The notes: generated by a model from the sequence alone, not told the origin. Shown: positions 1-8,136, counted from the stretch's first letter. The stretch is DNA of 14,766 nucleotides from Planctomycetota bacterium (GCA_016928605.1 JAFGKN010000113.1:1-14766), one strand, 5' to 3'. A program made the numbers and translations.

Positions 1-116
1 ATCAGCCGCCTCTCCCTCCACGTGGAGTGAGAGGCCCTGCGACAATCGTACGCTGATGCATCAGCGGCTGCGGCTCGCGGGAGGGGGAGCGGGAGCAGGA
101 GGGGGTCACCGTTGCA

Positions 117-256
117 GCTGCCGTTGCGATTACGGATGCCGTTGCGGCTGCCGTTGCGATTACGGATGCCGCTGCGGATCGCGGCTGCGGATCGCGGCTG
201 TGGATCGCCGCTGCGGTTCGCGGCTGCGGGTCGCCGCTCCGGTTGCGGTTGCGGCC
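117..256. repeat. Tandem repeat tract: a 30-bp unit x2 (117-146 and 147-176, 1 mismatch), followed by roughly six degenerate 13-bp GCGG-containing units (171-248)
   Basis: Read directly. gctgccgttgcgattacggatgccgttgcg occurs twice in tandem. The tract then continues as gctgcggatcgcg-like units, with GCGG recurring every 6-7 nt. All three reading frames are low-complexity here, so coding status is unresolved. Confidence 0.8.
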
Positions 257-465
257 AACGTTGCGCCTGCGGCGGCCGGGGCGGCTGCGGCTGGCGGCGA
301 GAGAGACTCTCCACGGCTGCCATCCTCCAGGGGAGGATGGATTCACCACAGAGACGCGGAGCGGAGGGCACTCTTCTCCGTCGCTCCGCGGCTCCGTGGT
401 GATTTCTTCTTGTCTTCTTCTTCCGAAGGCGTGAGACGCCTGGGGCTGCGGATCGCGCCCGCGGA

Positions 466-2154
466 TCAGCTCTGGTCGGAGGCCTTGCCCTTCGCCTTGC
501 GCCCTTCGGCAGCCTTGGCGGTCTCTTCCGCCGCATCAGGAGCCTTGGGGGCGGAGTCGCCGTCGGGGGGGACCATCCGGCCGAGGAACTGCGGGAGCTG
601 GATGCCGCCCAGGTTCCGCATGATGTCGAACAGCGGCGGCAGAGAGCCGCCGAGGCTCCGCAGGAAGCCGGCCGTGCTGCCCTGTCCGCCGGCGCCGCCG
701 CCGTCCCAGACGGTGATCTTGTCGAACTTGATGTTCGCGAGCGCCTTCGACGACGTCTCGGCGAGGTGGTCGAGATGCTCCAGGACGAGCATCTGGAACG
801 CGCCCTGGACTCCGCCGCAGCCTTCGACGATCTCCTGGAGCCCCTGCGCCTTCTTGGCCAGGATCTCGTACTCTCCGCGAGCCCTCGCCTCGAGCCGCGC
901 GAACTCGGCCTGCGCCTCGCCCTCGGCCTCGATGCGGATGGCCTGCGCGCGGCCCTCGGCCTCGATACGGCGCCGCTCGGCCTCCGCCTCGGCGTCGACG
1001 ATCGTGCGCGCCTTCTGCGCCTTGGCCGGCGCCTCCAGCTCGGCCCTCTGGTCCGCCTCGGTGCGCGCGCCGCGCGCCTGAGCCGCCTTGGCCTGCGCCA
1101 GGTACTGGCGGGCCTCGACCTCGGCCGCCGCCTCGCGCTTCTTCGCCTCGCCGATCAGGTATGCCTCGGCCTCCTTCACCTGGAGCTGCGCGTTCGAGGC
1201 GGCGATCTCAGCCTTCGAGGTGTTCTCGCCGGTGACCGCCTTGGCGTTCGCCTCGGCGATCTGGATGCGCATCGAGCGCTCGGCGTCCTTCACCTGCGAC
1301 TGCGTCTCGAACCGCGCCTCCTGCTCGGCGACCTCGCGCTCCCTCTGGAGAGTGGCGATGCGGATCGCCTTGTCGCGCTCGGCCTCCCGGGTGCCGATCA
1401 CCTGGAGCTTCTCCGCGTTGGCGACGGAGATCTCCTTCTCCCTCAGCGCCTCGGCCACGCCGATCGCGCCGTGCTTCTCCTGCTCGGCCACGTCGATCTC
1501 GGCCTGCTGCACGGCCTCGGAGGCCGCCTTGCGGCCGATGGCCTCGATGTAGCCGGAGTTGTCGGTGATGTCGGTGATGTTGACGTTGATGAGCACGAGG
1601 CCGATCTTGTTGAGCTCCGGCTCGAGCGACGTCTGGATGCTCGCGAGAAACGTGTCGCGGTCCCGGTTGATCTGCTCGATGGGCATGGAGGCGATCACCT
1701 GGCGGAGCTGGCCGAAGATGATGTCGCCCGCCTGCTGCGTGATGTCCCGCGTCGTGAGCCCGAGGAGGCGGACAGCCGCGTTCTGCATGATCTGGCCCGC
1801 GGTCCCGATCGCCACCGTGAAGACGCTGGGGACGTTGACCCGGATGTTCTCGGACGAGAGTGCGCCCTTGAGCGGGATCTCGATCTGGATCGGATCGAGG
1901 GACAGGAAAGCGTAGTTCTGGACCAGGGGGATGACGAAGGCTCCGCCGCCGTGATAGCAGTGGGCCGAGAGGCCCGGCTTGACCTTTCCGTAGACGACCA
2001 GGATCCGGTTCGACGGGCAGCGCTTGTACTGCTTGATCAGCGTCAGGACGATGCCGAACACGACCAGGATGGCGGCGATGATGATCGCCACCAGCCAGAA
2101 GTCGCCTTTGCCGGACCTCGCCGCCATCTCGAGGAGAAACGGTACCTCACCCAT
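466..2154 (-). CDS. Flotillin-like SPFH/band-7 membrane protein of the YqiK/FloT type, 562 aa
   Basis: N-terminal TM helix FWLVAIIIAAILVVFGIVLTLI, then an SPFH core (NRILVVYGK...FVIPLVQNYAFLSLDPIQIEI...), then a long Ala/Glu/Arg-rich coiled-coil region typical of bacterial flotillins. Its ATG overlaps the stop of the upstream NfeD-like gene as ATGGGTGA. Confidence 0.9.
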   Translation of the reverse strand: MGEVPFLLEMAARSGKGDFWLVAIIIAAILVVFGIVLTLIKQYKRCPSNRILVVYGKVKPGLSAHCYHGGGAFVIPLVQNYAFLSLDPIQIEIPLKGALSSENIRVNVPSVFTVAIGTAGQIMQNAAVRLLGLTTRDITQQAGDIIFGQLRQVIASMPIEQINRDRDTFLASIQTSLEPELNKIGLVLINVNITDITDNSGYIEAIGRKAASEAVQQAEIDVAEQEKHGAIGVAEALREKEISVANAEKLQVIGTREAERDKAIRIATLQREREVAEQEARFETQSQVKDAERSMRIQIAEANAKAVTGENTSKAEIAASNAQLQVKEAEAYLIGEAKKREAAAEVEARQYLAQAKAAQARGARTEADQRAELEAPAKAQKARTIVDAEAEAERRRIEAEGRAQAIRIEAEGEAQAEFARLEARARGEYEILAKKAQGLQEIVEGCGGVQGAFQMLVLEHLDHLAETSSKALANIKFDKITVWDGGGAGGQGSTAGFLRSLGGSLPPLFDIMRNLGGIQLPQFLGRMVPPDGDSAPKAPDAAEETAKAAEGRKAKGKASDQS

Positions 2155-2782
2155 TCGCAGTCTCCTTGTTCTCTTCCACGGGGACCACCGTCACCGTATC
2201 TGAACCCACGAGTCCCACCACGCGGATCGGAGTCCCCGTGGCGAGCCCTTCGCCTTGACTGAGGGCGGCCACCTCCACCGTGCGGTCCTGCACGCTGACG
2301 GTGACCTTGCCCCGCCCTTCCCCCTTGGGGGGGACTCTCAGATAGACCTTCCCCGTCGCTCCCACCGCGTTCTTCAGGTTGACGTTGCCCTGAGACTGGA
2401 GCCTGCGCAGGAGCATCCAGAGGTAGGCCACGAGGTAGAAGGCGACGCACCCCGAGATGCCGGCCAGCACGAGCTGGCCGACGACGCCGAAGTCGTAGGA
2501 CTCGCCGAGGAGCCCGCCGAGACCGAAGAACGTGAAGAACGCGTTCAATGTCTTGAACGAGATGACGGTGAACGAGCTCGTGGCTGCCTCGCCGCTCGCG
2601 CCCTCGCCGGCGTCGACGACGTAGCCGCCGGAGACGTCATCTGAGATCTCATCGGGCAGGTCGGCGGCCCCCACGTCCAGATCGGCATCGCCGCCGCTGT
2701 CCAACCCGATCACGAGGAGCAAGATCTGGATGACCAGGATCGTTCCTCCTGCCACCGCGCAGATCAAAAAGACGAGATGCAT
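2147..2782 (-). CDS. NfeD-like membrane protein (YqiJ-like partner of flotillin), 211 aa
   Basis: N-terminal hydrophobic helices and an acidic linker. The C-terminal beta-rich NfeD/OB-fold-like segment reads GATGKVYLRVPPKGEGRGKVTVSVQDRTVEVAALSQGEGLATGTPIRVVGLVGSDTVTVVPV. A GGAGG sits 7 nt upstream of the ATG at 2782. The gene lies directly 5' of the flotillin gene with an 8-nt overlap. Confidence 0.8.
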   Translation of the reverse strand: MHLVFLICAVAGGTILVIQILLLVIGLDSGGDADLDVGAADLPDEISDDVSGGYVVDAGEGASGEAATSSFTVISFKTLNAFFTFFGLGGLLGESYDFGVVGQLVLAGISGCVAFYLVAYLWMLLRRLQSQGNVNLKNAVGATGKVYLRVPPKGEGRGKVTVSVQDRTVEVAALSQGEGLATGTPIRVVGLVGSDTVTVVPVEENKETANG

Positions 2783-3016
2783 GGCTGACCTCCATCCGCC
2801 AGACCTTGGAGAGCGGGCAGCGATCTCCCGCCGATGAGTAGTCGTGCCCTCCGCGCCGCCGTTTCAGCCGATCGCGCCCGCCCCCTCCCGGGCGCCGTCC
2901 GCAGCGCCCAGGGGAGGCAGCAGTCCCGCTGCCGGCCTGCCCTTCGAGGCTTCTGCGGCAGGCTCGAGTTCGGGTCTTCCACGCTGGCAGCGGCCGCCAT
3001 TCTATACCAGGAAGAT

Positions 3017-3028
3017 ATTGCCGGCAAT
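3017..3028. promoter_or_regulatory. 12-bp perfect palindrome ATTGCCGGCAAT in a locally AT-richer patch of the 581-bp divergent intergenic region; candidate operator
   Basis: Read directly. It lies between the divergently transcribed NfeD-like/flotillin operon and the Tat-isomerase gene. The context is tctataccaggaagatATTGCCGGCAATcgagg. Any function is inferred. Confidence 0.3.
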
Positions 3029-3363
3029 CGAGGGGCCCCCGTTTCCGCGCGCGCGGAGCCCGCTGCGGTCGGCATCGCGGCCCGCCGCGGGCGGAATCTC
3101 GTCATCGGCCGGAAGGCTGCAGACAGTCACCATTCGCGGCCCTTTCCGGAGCGCTGTCTCCCTGCCGGCGAGAGCCGACGCTTCCGACCATGGCATTCCG
3201 CGTGCTTCTTGCGCGCGATGCCCTCGCGCCGCTATCCTGGTGCGGGATCCGGAGCTCATGGATCCCTGCGGCCGACCGGATCGCGAGCGACCGGTGCCGC
3301 GAGCAGAACCCAGAGGATGTCTCGCCGGAGCCTTCCCGCGCTCCGGCGGAGGGAGGATCGAAG

Positions 3364-4293
3364 ATGGGATCGACGACCGAGCAGCGCTTGATCAGCCGCC
3401 GCGGACTTCTCCAGGCCGGCCTGCGAGGAGCCTCGGCCCTCCTCCTCGCCCCCGCTGCCTTGCAAGCCGGTGAGGATCGCCCGCGCCCCGCCGGCGAGCC
3501 GTGGCGCATGAGGCTCTCGACCTCATCCATCCATTTCATGGGTCTGCCGATCGAGAAGGCCTGCGAGCGGATCGCGGCCCTCGGCTTCGAGGCGATCGAC
3601 ATCTGGTCGGCGCACGATGGCTGCCCCCACCTGGACGATGTCCTCAAGCGGCTCGGGCCCGAGGGGCTGAAGGAAGTTCTCTCTAAGAACCGCCTCAAGC
3701 TCTACGCCTTCTCGGTGTACCAGGGCGGCTACGCGCGCTACGCCGAGCTGCTGGGAAAGGCCGGGGGAGGCGTGGCCGTGCAGGGCAGCGCGGCCCCCTG
3801 CGAGCCCTCCGAGCTCTCAGCGAGGATGCGCGCCTTCCTGGAGGGCCTGAAGCCTCTCGAGGAGCTCGCCGAGAAGCACGACTCCTACCTCGCGATCGAG
3901 AACCACGGGAGCGCGCTCCTCGACTCGCTCGACTCCTTCAAGGCCTTCGTCGACCTCAACCGCTCCAGGCGGATCGGCATCGCGCTCGCGCCCTACCACG
4001 TGCAGGCGAGGAAGGAGTCCGTCGAGAAGGCGATCGAGATCAGCGGCCGCCAGCTCCTCTTCTTCTACGCCTGGCAGAAGGAGCCGGGAAAGAACCAGCT
4101 CCCCGGCCACGGCCCCGCCGACTTCAAGCCCTGGCTGGCGGCCCTGGCGAAGGCGCGCTACCGCTGGTACGTCAACCCCTTCATGCACGGCCACCCTCCG
4201 GCCGAGGAGATGGCCGAGGCGCTTGCGGCCTCGCGGGACTACCTCCGCAAGTCCTGGGAGGAGGTCACCAGCCGCGCGCCTGCGGCAGGGTGA
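3364..4293 (+). CDS. Sugar phosphate isomerase/epimerase, xylose-isomerase-like TIM barrel, with a twin-arginine (Tat) signal peptide
   Basis: I prefer the start at ATG 3364 (MGSTTEQRLISRRGLLQAGLRGASALLLAPAALQA), which has a GGAGGGAGGA SD 5-14 nt upstream. The six-frame ORF extends back to 3190, but that N-terminus is not protein-like. The Tat motif is SRRGLL plus a hydrophobic h-region and AxA. The rest has TIM-barrel isomerase composition (IDIWSAH...LAIENHG...). Confidence 0.8.
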   Translation: MGSTTEQRLISRRGLLQAGLRGASALLLAPAALQAGEDRPRPAGEPWRMRLSTSSIHFMGLPIEKACERIAALGFEAIDIWSAHDGCPHLDDVLKRLGPEGLKEVLSKNRLKLYAFSVYQGGYARYAELLGKAGGGVAVQGSAAPCEPSELSARMRAFLEGLKPLEELAEKHDSYLAIENHGSALLDSLDSFKAFVDLNRSRRIGIALAPYHVQARKESVEKAIEISGRQLLFFYAWQKEPGKNQLPGHGPADFKPWLAALAKARYRWYVNPFMHGHPPAEEMAEALAASRDYLRKSWEEVTSRAPAAG

Positions 4294-5662
4294 GGATGAC
4301 CGACCCGCCCTTGAAGATCGTCACCTCCCCCGTCGACTGCGAGAGGGTGACGGTCACGCACTTGACCGCCTTCGTGATGCCGCAGGCGGCTCTGTGGCGG
4401 CTGCCGTAGCCGCCGGGCAGGTCCACATCCTCCCCCACCTTCAGGAACGTGCCCGCGGAGTGGACGACGCCGTCGCCGCGGACGACGAACGCGCCGTCGA
4501 TTCCGGCGAACTCCTTGATCGTCTCGGCGAGCGTCGGATCGAGGATGTTGCGCTCCTCCTCCGGATAGCCGCGGAACGGGTTGATGACCATCTGCTGGGT
4601 GAACGGCGCGAGCTTCTCCTGGTCGCCGATGATGACGAACAGCGTGCCGACGGGGATGCCCTCGCGCCCCTCGGCCGCGAGCTCGGTCGCGAGCGAGATG
4701 ACGCGCTCCAGGACCTCGGGCGAGATCCCCGGAGCGACAGCCCCCGAGGGCGTCACGAACCGTCCGATCTGACGGCCGATCTCGACGATCGTCATCGTGT
4801 CGAGGCCGGGCCCGTCGTTTCCCGACAGGAACGCCACGATGTCCCCCCTCTGGATGAGCCCGTGCGTGAGCGCCATGAGGGCGGAGAGCTTGACGCTGGC
4901 GGCACGGCTCACGGCCATGCGAGGCAGCAGCAAGACCCTGTTCACGACCTTCTCGGCCTCCTCCGCCAGCTGCCGCGAGGCGGTCGTCACGATGAAGCTG
5001 GCGCGCTGCGGGATGCGCTTGAGGATCTCGAGCTCCTCGCGGGTCTCGATGTTGACGAGGATCGAGGAGACGCCCGTCTCCCGCGCGATCTTCTTGGCGT
5101 AGCTCAGCAGGAGCTGGGTGAGCGGCCTGGCCTTCCCCCGCAGCCGGTCGGACCGCCGGCTGTCGAGGAGCCGGATGACTGCAGCGGCGTCCGCGGCGTG
5201 GAGGATCTGATCCTTCAGCTCGGGGTTGATCAGCAGACGGGCGATGGTCCCGAGGAGGTGGACGTGCTCGGACTGGAGGTTCTCGTTGCCGACGACGAGG
5301 ACCGCCAGCACGACGGGCTCGTCGGTATCGATGCCGTAGGGAAGACCCTGAGGGTTGCGCGCGATGGCGAGGAAGATGCCCTCCACACAGTCGACGCGGG
5401 CGTGAGGAATCGCGACGCCGCTGCCCACGTAGGTGTTGACGGCAGCCTCCCGCTCCTCGATGCCGCGAAGGATCTTCTGGACGACGTCCTCCCCCGCGCC
5501 GGGCACGACGACCTTCGCGAGCGCTCGGAGGAGATCCTCCTTGGATCCGGCGGTGAGATCGAGGACCGCCTCGGGGCGGATGTACTGCGAGAGCTTCACG
5601 TCGGGCGCCGCCAGCTTCAGCCCCGTCGTCGGCGTGGACCTCTCCCGGGAAGGGCGGGTCAT
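4265..5662 (-). CDS. Three-domain signalling protein: PTS EIIA(Ntr)-type domain + pyruvate-kinase-C-terminal-like domain + diadenylate cyclase (DAC/DisA_N) domain. Putative c-di-AMP synthase under EIIA control
   Basis: The EIIA-2 signature REAAVNTYVGSGVAIPHARV and the ...DEPVVLAVLVVG...HVHLLGTIARLLINPELKDQILHAADAAAVIRLL block lie at residues ~25-165. The middle region (SFIVTTASRQLAEEAEKVVNRVLLLPRMAVSRAASVKLSALMALTHGLIQRGDIVAFLSG) resembles the PK_C alpha/beta domain. The C-terminal DAC motifs are GIDGAFVVRGDGVVHSAGTFL...GGYGSRHRAACGITKAVKCVTVTLSQSTGEVTIFKGG. A GGAGGAGGA SD lies 7 nt upstream of the ATG at 5662. Confidence 0.85.
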   Translation of the reverse strand: MTRPSRERSTPTTGLKLAAPDVKLSQYIRPEAVLDLTAGSKEDLLRALAKVVVPGAGEDVVQKILRGIEEREAAVNTYVGSGVAIPHARVDCVEGIFLAIARNPQGLPYGIDTDEPVVLAVLVVGNENLQSEHVHLLGTIARLLINPELKDQILHAADAAAVIRLLDSRRSDRLRGKARPLTQLLLSYAKKIARETGVSSILVNIETREELEILKRIPQRASFIVTTASRQLAEEAEKVVNRVLLLPRMAVSRAASVKLSALMALTHGLIQRGDIVAFLSGNDGPGLDTMTIVEIGRQIGRFVTPSGAVAPGISPEVLERVISLATELAAEGREGIPVGTLFVIIGDQEKLAPFTQQMVINPFRGYPEEERNILDPTLAETIKEFAGIDGAFVVRGDGVVHSAGTFLKVGEDVDLPGGYGSRHRAACGITKAVKCVTVTLSQSTGEVTIFKGGSVILTLPQARGW

Positions 5663-5744
5663 CGCGATCCTCCTCCAGGCCGCGCCGCCCGCGCCGGCGC
5701 ACGATCATCTCGGCCGCCGGCGCAGACCGCTCGCGGCGACTCCA

Positions 5745-6584
5745 TCATCCGGCCTGCGTCAGCCTGCGCAGCAGATCGATGCCCCCGCGGATGTCGGCCA
5801 CCCGCTGGCGCTGATCGCCGACCTCCCGCTCCACGACCAGCGGACCGCGGTAGCCGACATCTTCGAGAACCCGCACGAAGGCCTCGATGTTCACGTCGCC
5901 CTCTCCGAGGGGGACCTCCTCGCCCCACTCGCCGGGCGACTTCGGCGGATGCGCATCCTTGACGTGCACGTGCACGATGTCCGGTCCCAGCACGCGGACG
6001 GCGTCGATGGGATGGCCCATGTCGTAGAGGATCATGTTCGCCGGATCGAAGTTGACCTTGAGATTCGGCTCCGAGAGGTCCTGCAGCGTCCGCTTGAGGA
6101 GAGCCGCCGTCTCCTGGCCCGTCTCCATCGCGAAGATCACGCCGTGGCGCGCCGCCGAGCGGGCGACGTCGCGGATGCACTCGAGGAAGCTCTCGCGCTC
6201 GGGGCTCTCGGGCTCGGGGATGAACCCCGCGTGGCTGCAGAGGATCTCGAGGCCCAGCTCGGCCGTCTGGCGCGCGGCCTGCTCGAAGATCTTCTGGCGC
6301 GCCTGGCGCACGGCCGGATCCCCGAAGCCTCCCGTCTTGCGGATCGTGAGGGGACTTGTGTAGTCCTCGCCGGGAAATCCGATCATCGCGGCGGTCAGCT
6401 CGAGCGGCGAGTCCAGCAGCGCGCGGATGAGATCGGCGCCCTCCTTCCACGTCCCGTGGGTCGGATCGCCGAGCCCGATCTGCACCACGCCGGCCCCCAC
6501 CTCCTCCGCCAGCCGCATCAGCTCCGGTACGCTGGTCGCTTGCAGAGACCAGCTGCAAACTCCGAGATCCGGCGTCCACGCCAT
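5745..6584 (-). CDS. Sugar phosphate isomerase/epimerase (xylose-isomerase-like TIM barrel, AP-endonuclease-2 fold), cytoplasmic, 279 aa
   Basis: Typical family blocks: VVQIGLGD..., LEILCSHAGFIPE, VIFAMETGQE, KVNFDPANMILYDMGHPIDAVRVLGPDIVHVHVKD. No signal peptide. A GGGGAGG SD is upstream of the ATG at 6584. It sits 82 bp upstream of the EIIA-DAC gene on the same strand. Confidence 0.85.
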   Translation of the reverse strand: MAWTPDLGVCSWSLQATSVPELMRLAEEVGAGVVQIGLGDPTHGTWKEGADLIRALLDSPLELTAAMIGFPGEDYTSPLTIRKTGGFGDPAVRQARQKIFEQAARQTAELGLEILCSHAGFIPEPESPERESFLECIRDVARSAARHGVIFAMETGQETAALLKRTLQDLSEPNLKVNFDPANMILYDMGHPIDAVRVLGPDIVHVHVKDAHPPKSPGEWGEEVPLGEGDVNIEAFVRVLEDVGYRGPLVVEREVGDQRQRVADIRGGIDLLRRLTQAG

Positions 6585-6862
6585 GATGTCTACCTCCCCT
6601 CGGCCGCGATGCGAGCACCGCGGTGACAGGCTTTCCCGCCGGCCGGCGGCCGCCCCGGCGGCGGACCGAAAGACCTGGCCGGCTCGTCCATCCCGGCCCG
6701 AGGCCCGGGAAACGGATCATCCGCTCATCTTGCGAAGGACAGTCCTCGTCGAAGGGTTGCGCGCATCGACGAGCTGGCCGACAATGCTCGCAGCTCATTT
6801 TGACGGGGCGCTAGAGCCCGTCAAGCCCCAAGACTCCGAGGACGGCCGGGAGGCGAGAATCG

Positions 6863-8131
6863 ATGCAGGCTGCGACCGTGGTCCGGGTGGCGCTCGTCGG
6901 AGGCGGCATGTTCGGTGGAGACGTCGTCCTGCGCTCGATCGAGGACCTGGAGCGCTGCGGCATCGCCCCCTACCTCGGGCGGGTGGGGCTCGATCTGCGC
7001 GCCCGCGAGCTGGCCGCGGCGCGGTTCCGGCTGGTGGCGATCGGAACCAGGACGCCGCAGACCGCCCGCCGCCTCTGCGCGGCCTACGCGGCGAAGGTCC
7101 CGGACAGCTCGCCCGAGCCCTTCTGGGGCGAGGAGCCCTGGAAGGAGATCCTCGACCGCCACGACGTGCAGATCCTCTACATCGCGACGCCCGACCACCT
7201 CCACTTCGAGCCCGCGGCGCATGCCCTGCGCAGCGGAGCTCACGTCATGGTCGAGAAGCCCCTCACCCTCCGCCTCGCCGAGGCGCGCGAGATCCTCGAG
7301 CTGGCCCGCGCCCGGGGACTCATCGCGGGCGTCGACATGCACAAGCGCTACGATCCCTGCCACCGGTTCCTCTTCGAGGAGCTGGTGCCGAGGATCGGCA
7401 CTCCCCTCTACGGCAGGGCTGTGCTCGAGGAGCCCCTCGAGGTCTCCACGCGGACGTTCCTGTGGGCCGAGAGATCCAATCCCTTCAGCTACGTCGGAGT
7501 TCACTGGCTCGACCTCTTCGGCCACTACCTCGCGGCGACTCCCGTCTCCGTGCACGCGGTCGGCCAGAAGGAGCTGCTCGTGAACTGGGACCGAGAGGGA
7601 GGCGGCCGGAAGATCGACACCTTCGATGCGATGCAGGTCTCGGTCGACTACGAGGGCGGCCTGCGCGTCTACTACGTGACCAGCTGGATCAACCCCCCGG
7701 AGTTCGAGGCACCGGTCAACCAGGAGATGGAGATCGCCGGCACCCGGGGCAAGATCGAGTTCGACCAGCAGGACCGCGGCCTGCGCGCCACCATCTCCGG
7801 CCTCGGGACGCGCACCTACAACCCCCACTTCACGGCCGACGTGCGCCGTCTCGGAGGCTGCGCCCACCCCGCCTACGACGGCTACGGCAAGGACTCGATC
7901 GTCGCCATCACCGCGAGAGCGCTCGAGGTGATCCAGGGGCTCGCGACCCGCGATGAGCTCGCCGGCACGTATCCCGACGTGGAGAGCTCGCTGCCGACGG
8001 TCTCGGTCATCGAGGCAGCGGAGGAGGTGGCCCGCCGCAACTGGCGCCGCCAGCGCGGCGGCCGCGGCACGCCTGTCACCGCCCGCATCCGCGCCGACGG
8101 GTACGACATCGTCGACCCGCTGGCCGGTTGA
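6863..8131 (+). CDS. Gfo/Idh/MocA-family NAD(P)-dependent oxidoreductase, 422 aa
   Basis: N-terminal Rossmann motif VRVALVGGGMFGG. Conserved blocks ILYIATPDHLHFEPAAHALRSGAHVMVEKPL and GVDMHKRYDP. A GAGG SD is upstream of the ATG. It is divergent from the 5745-6584 isomerase gene, with a 278-bp shared upstream region. Confidence 0.9.
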   Translation: MQAATVVRVALVGGGMFGGDVVLRSIEDLERCGIAPYLGRVGLDLRARELAAARFRLVAIGTRTPQTARRLCAAYAAKVPDSSPEPFWGEEPWKEILDRHDVQILYIATPDHLHFEPAAHALRSGAHVMVEKPLTLRLAEAREILELARARGLIAGVDMHKRYDPCHRFLFEELVPRIGTPLYGRAVLEEPLEVSTRTFLWAERSNPFSYVGVHWLDLFGHYLAATPVSVHAVGQKELLVNWDREGGGRKIDTFDAMQVSVDYEGGLRVYYVTSWINPPEFEAPVNQEMEIAGTRGKIEFDQQDRGLRATISGLGTRTYNPHFTADVRRLGGCAHPAYDGYGKDSIVAITARALEVIQGLATRDELAGTYPDVESSLPTVSVIEAAEEVARRNWRRQRGGRGTPVTARIRADGYDIVDPLAG

Positions 8132-8136
8132 CCCTC

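Noticed and set aside
56-1081. 341-aa plus-strand ORF starting in the repeat tract
   Set aside because: Beyond about residue 60 it runs antisense through the flotillin gene. Only the repeat-encoded Cys-rich N-terminus is of any interest, and that is discussed as a repeat.
2764-3698. Small ORFs in the 581-bp intergenic region (2764-3105 -, 2834-3391 +, 2844-3473 +, 3002-3259 -, 3102-3698 -)
   Set aside because: All are Arg/Pro/Ala-rich, overlap one another in multiple frames and have no SD or motifs, so the region is treated as non-coding.
4223-6798. Long Arg/Pro/Gly-rich ORFs (4223-5962 +, 4239-5708 -, 5433-6626 +, 5659-6798 -)
   Set aside because: They are antisense or off-frame to the well-supported EIIA-DAC and isomerase genes. 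Their composition is dominated by R/G/P/A with no domain signatures, so they are spurious high-GC ORFs.
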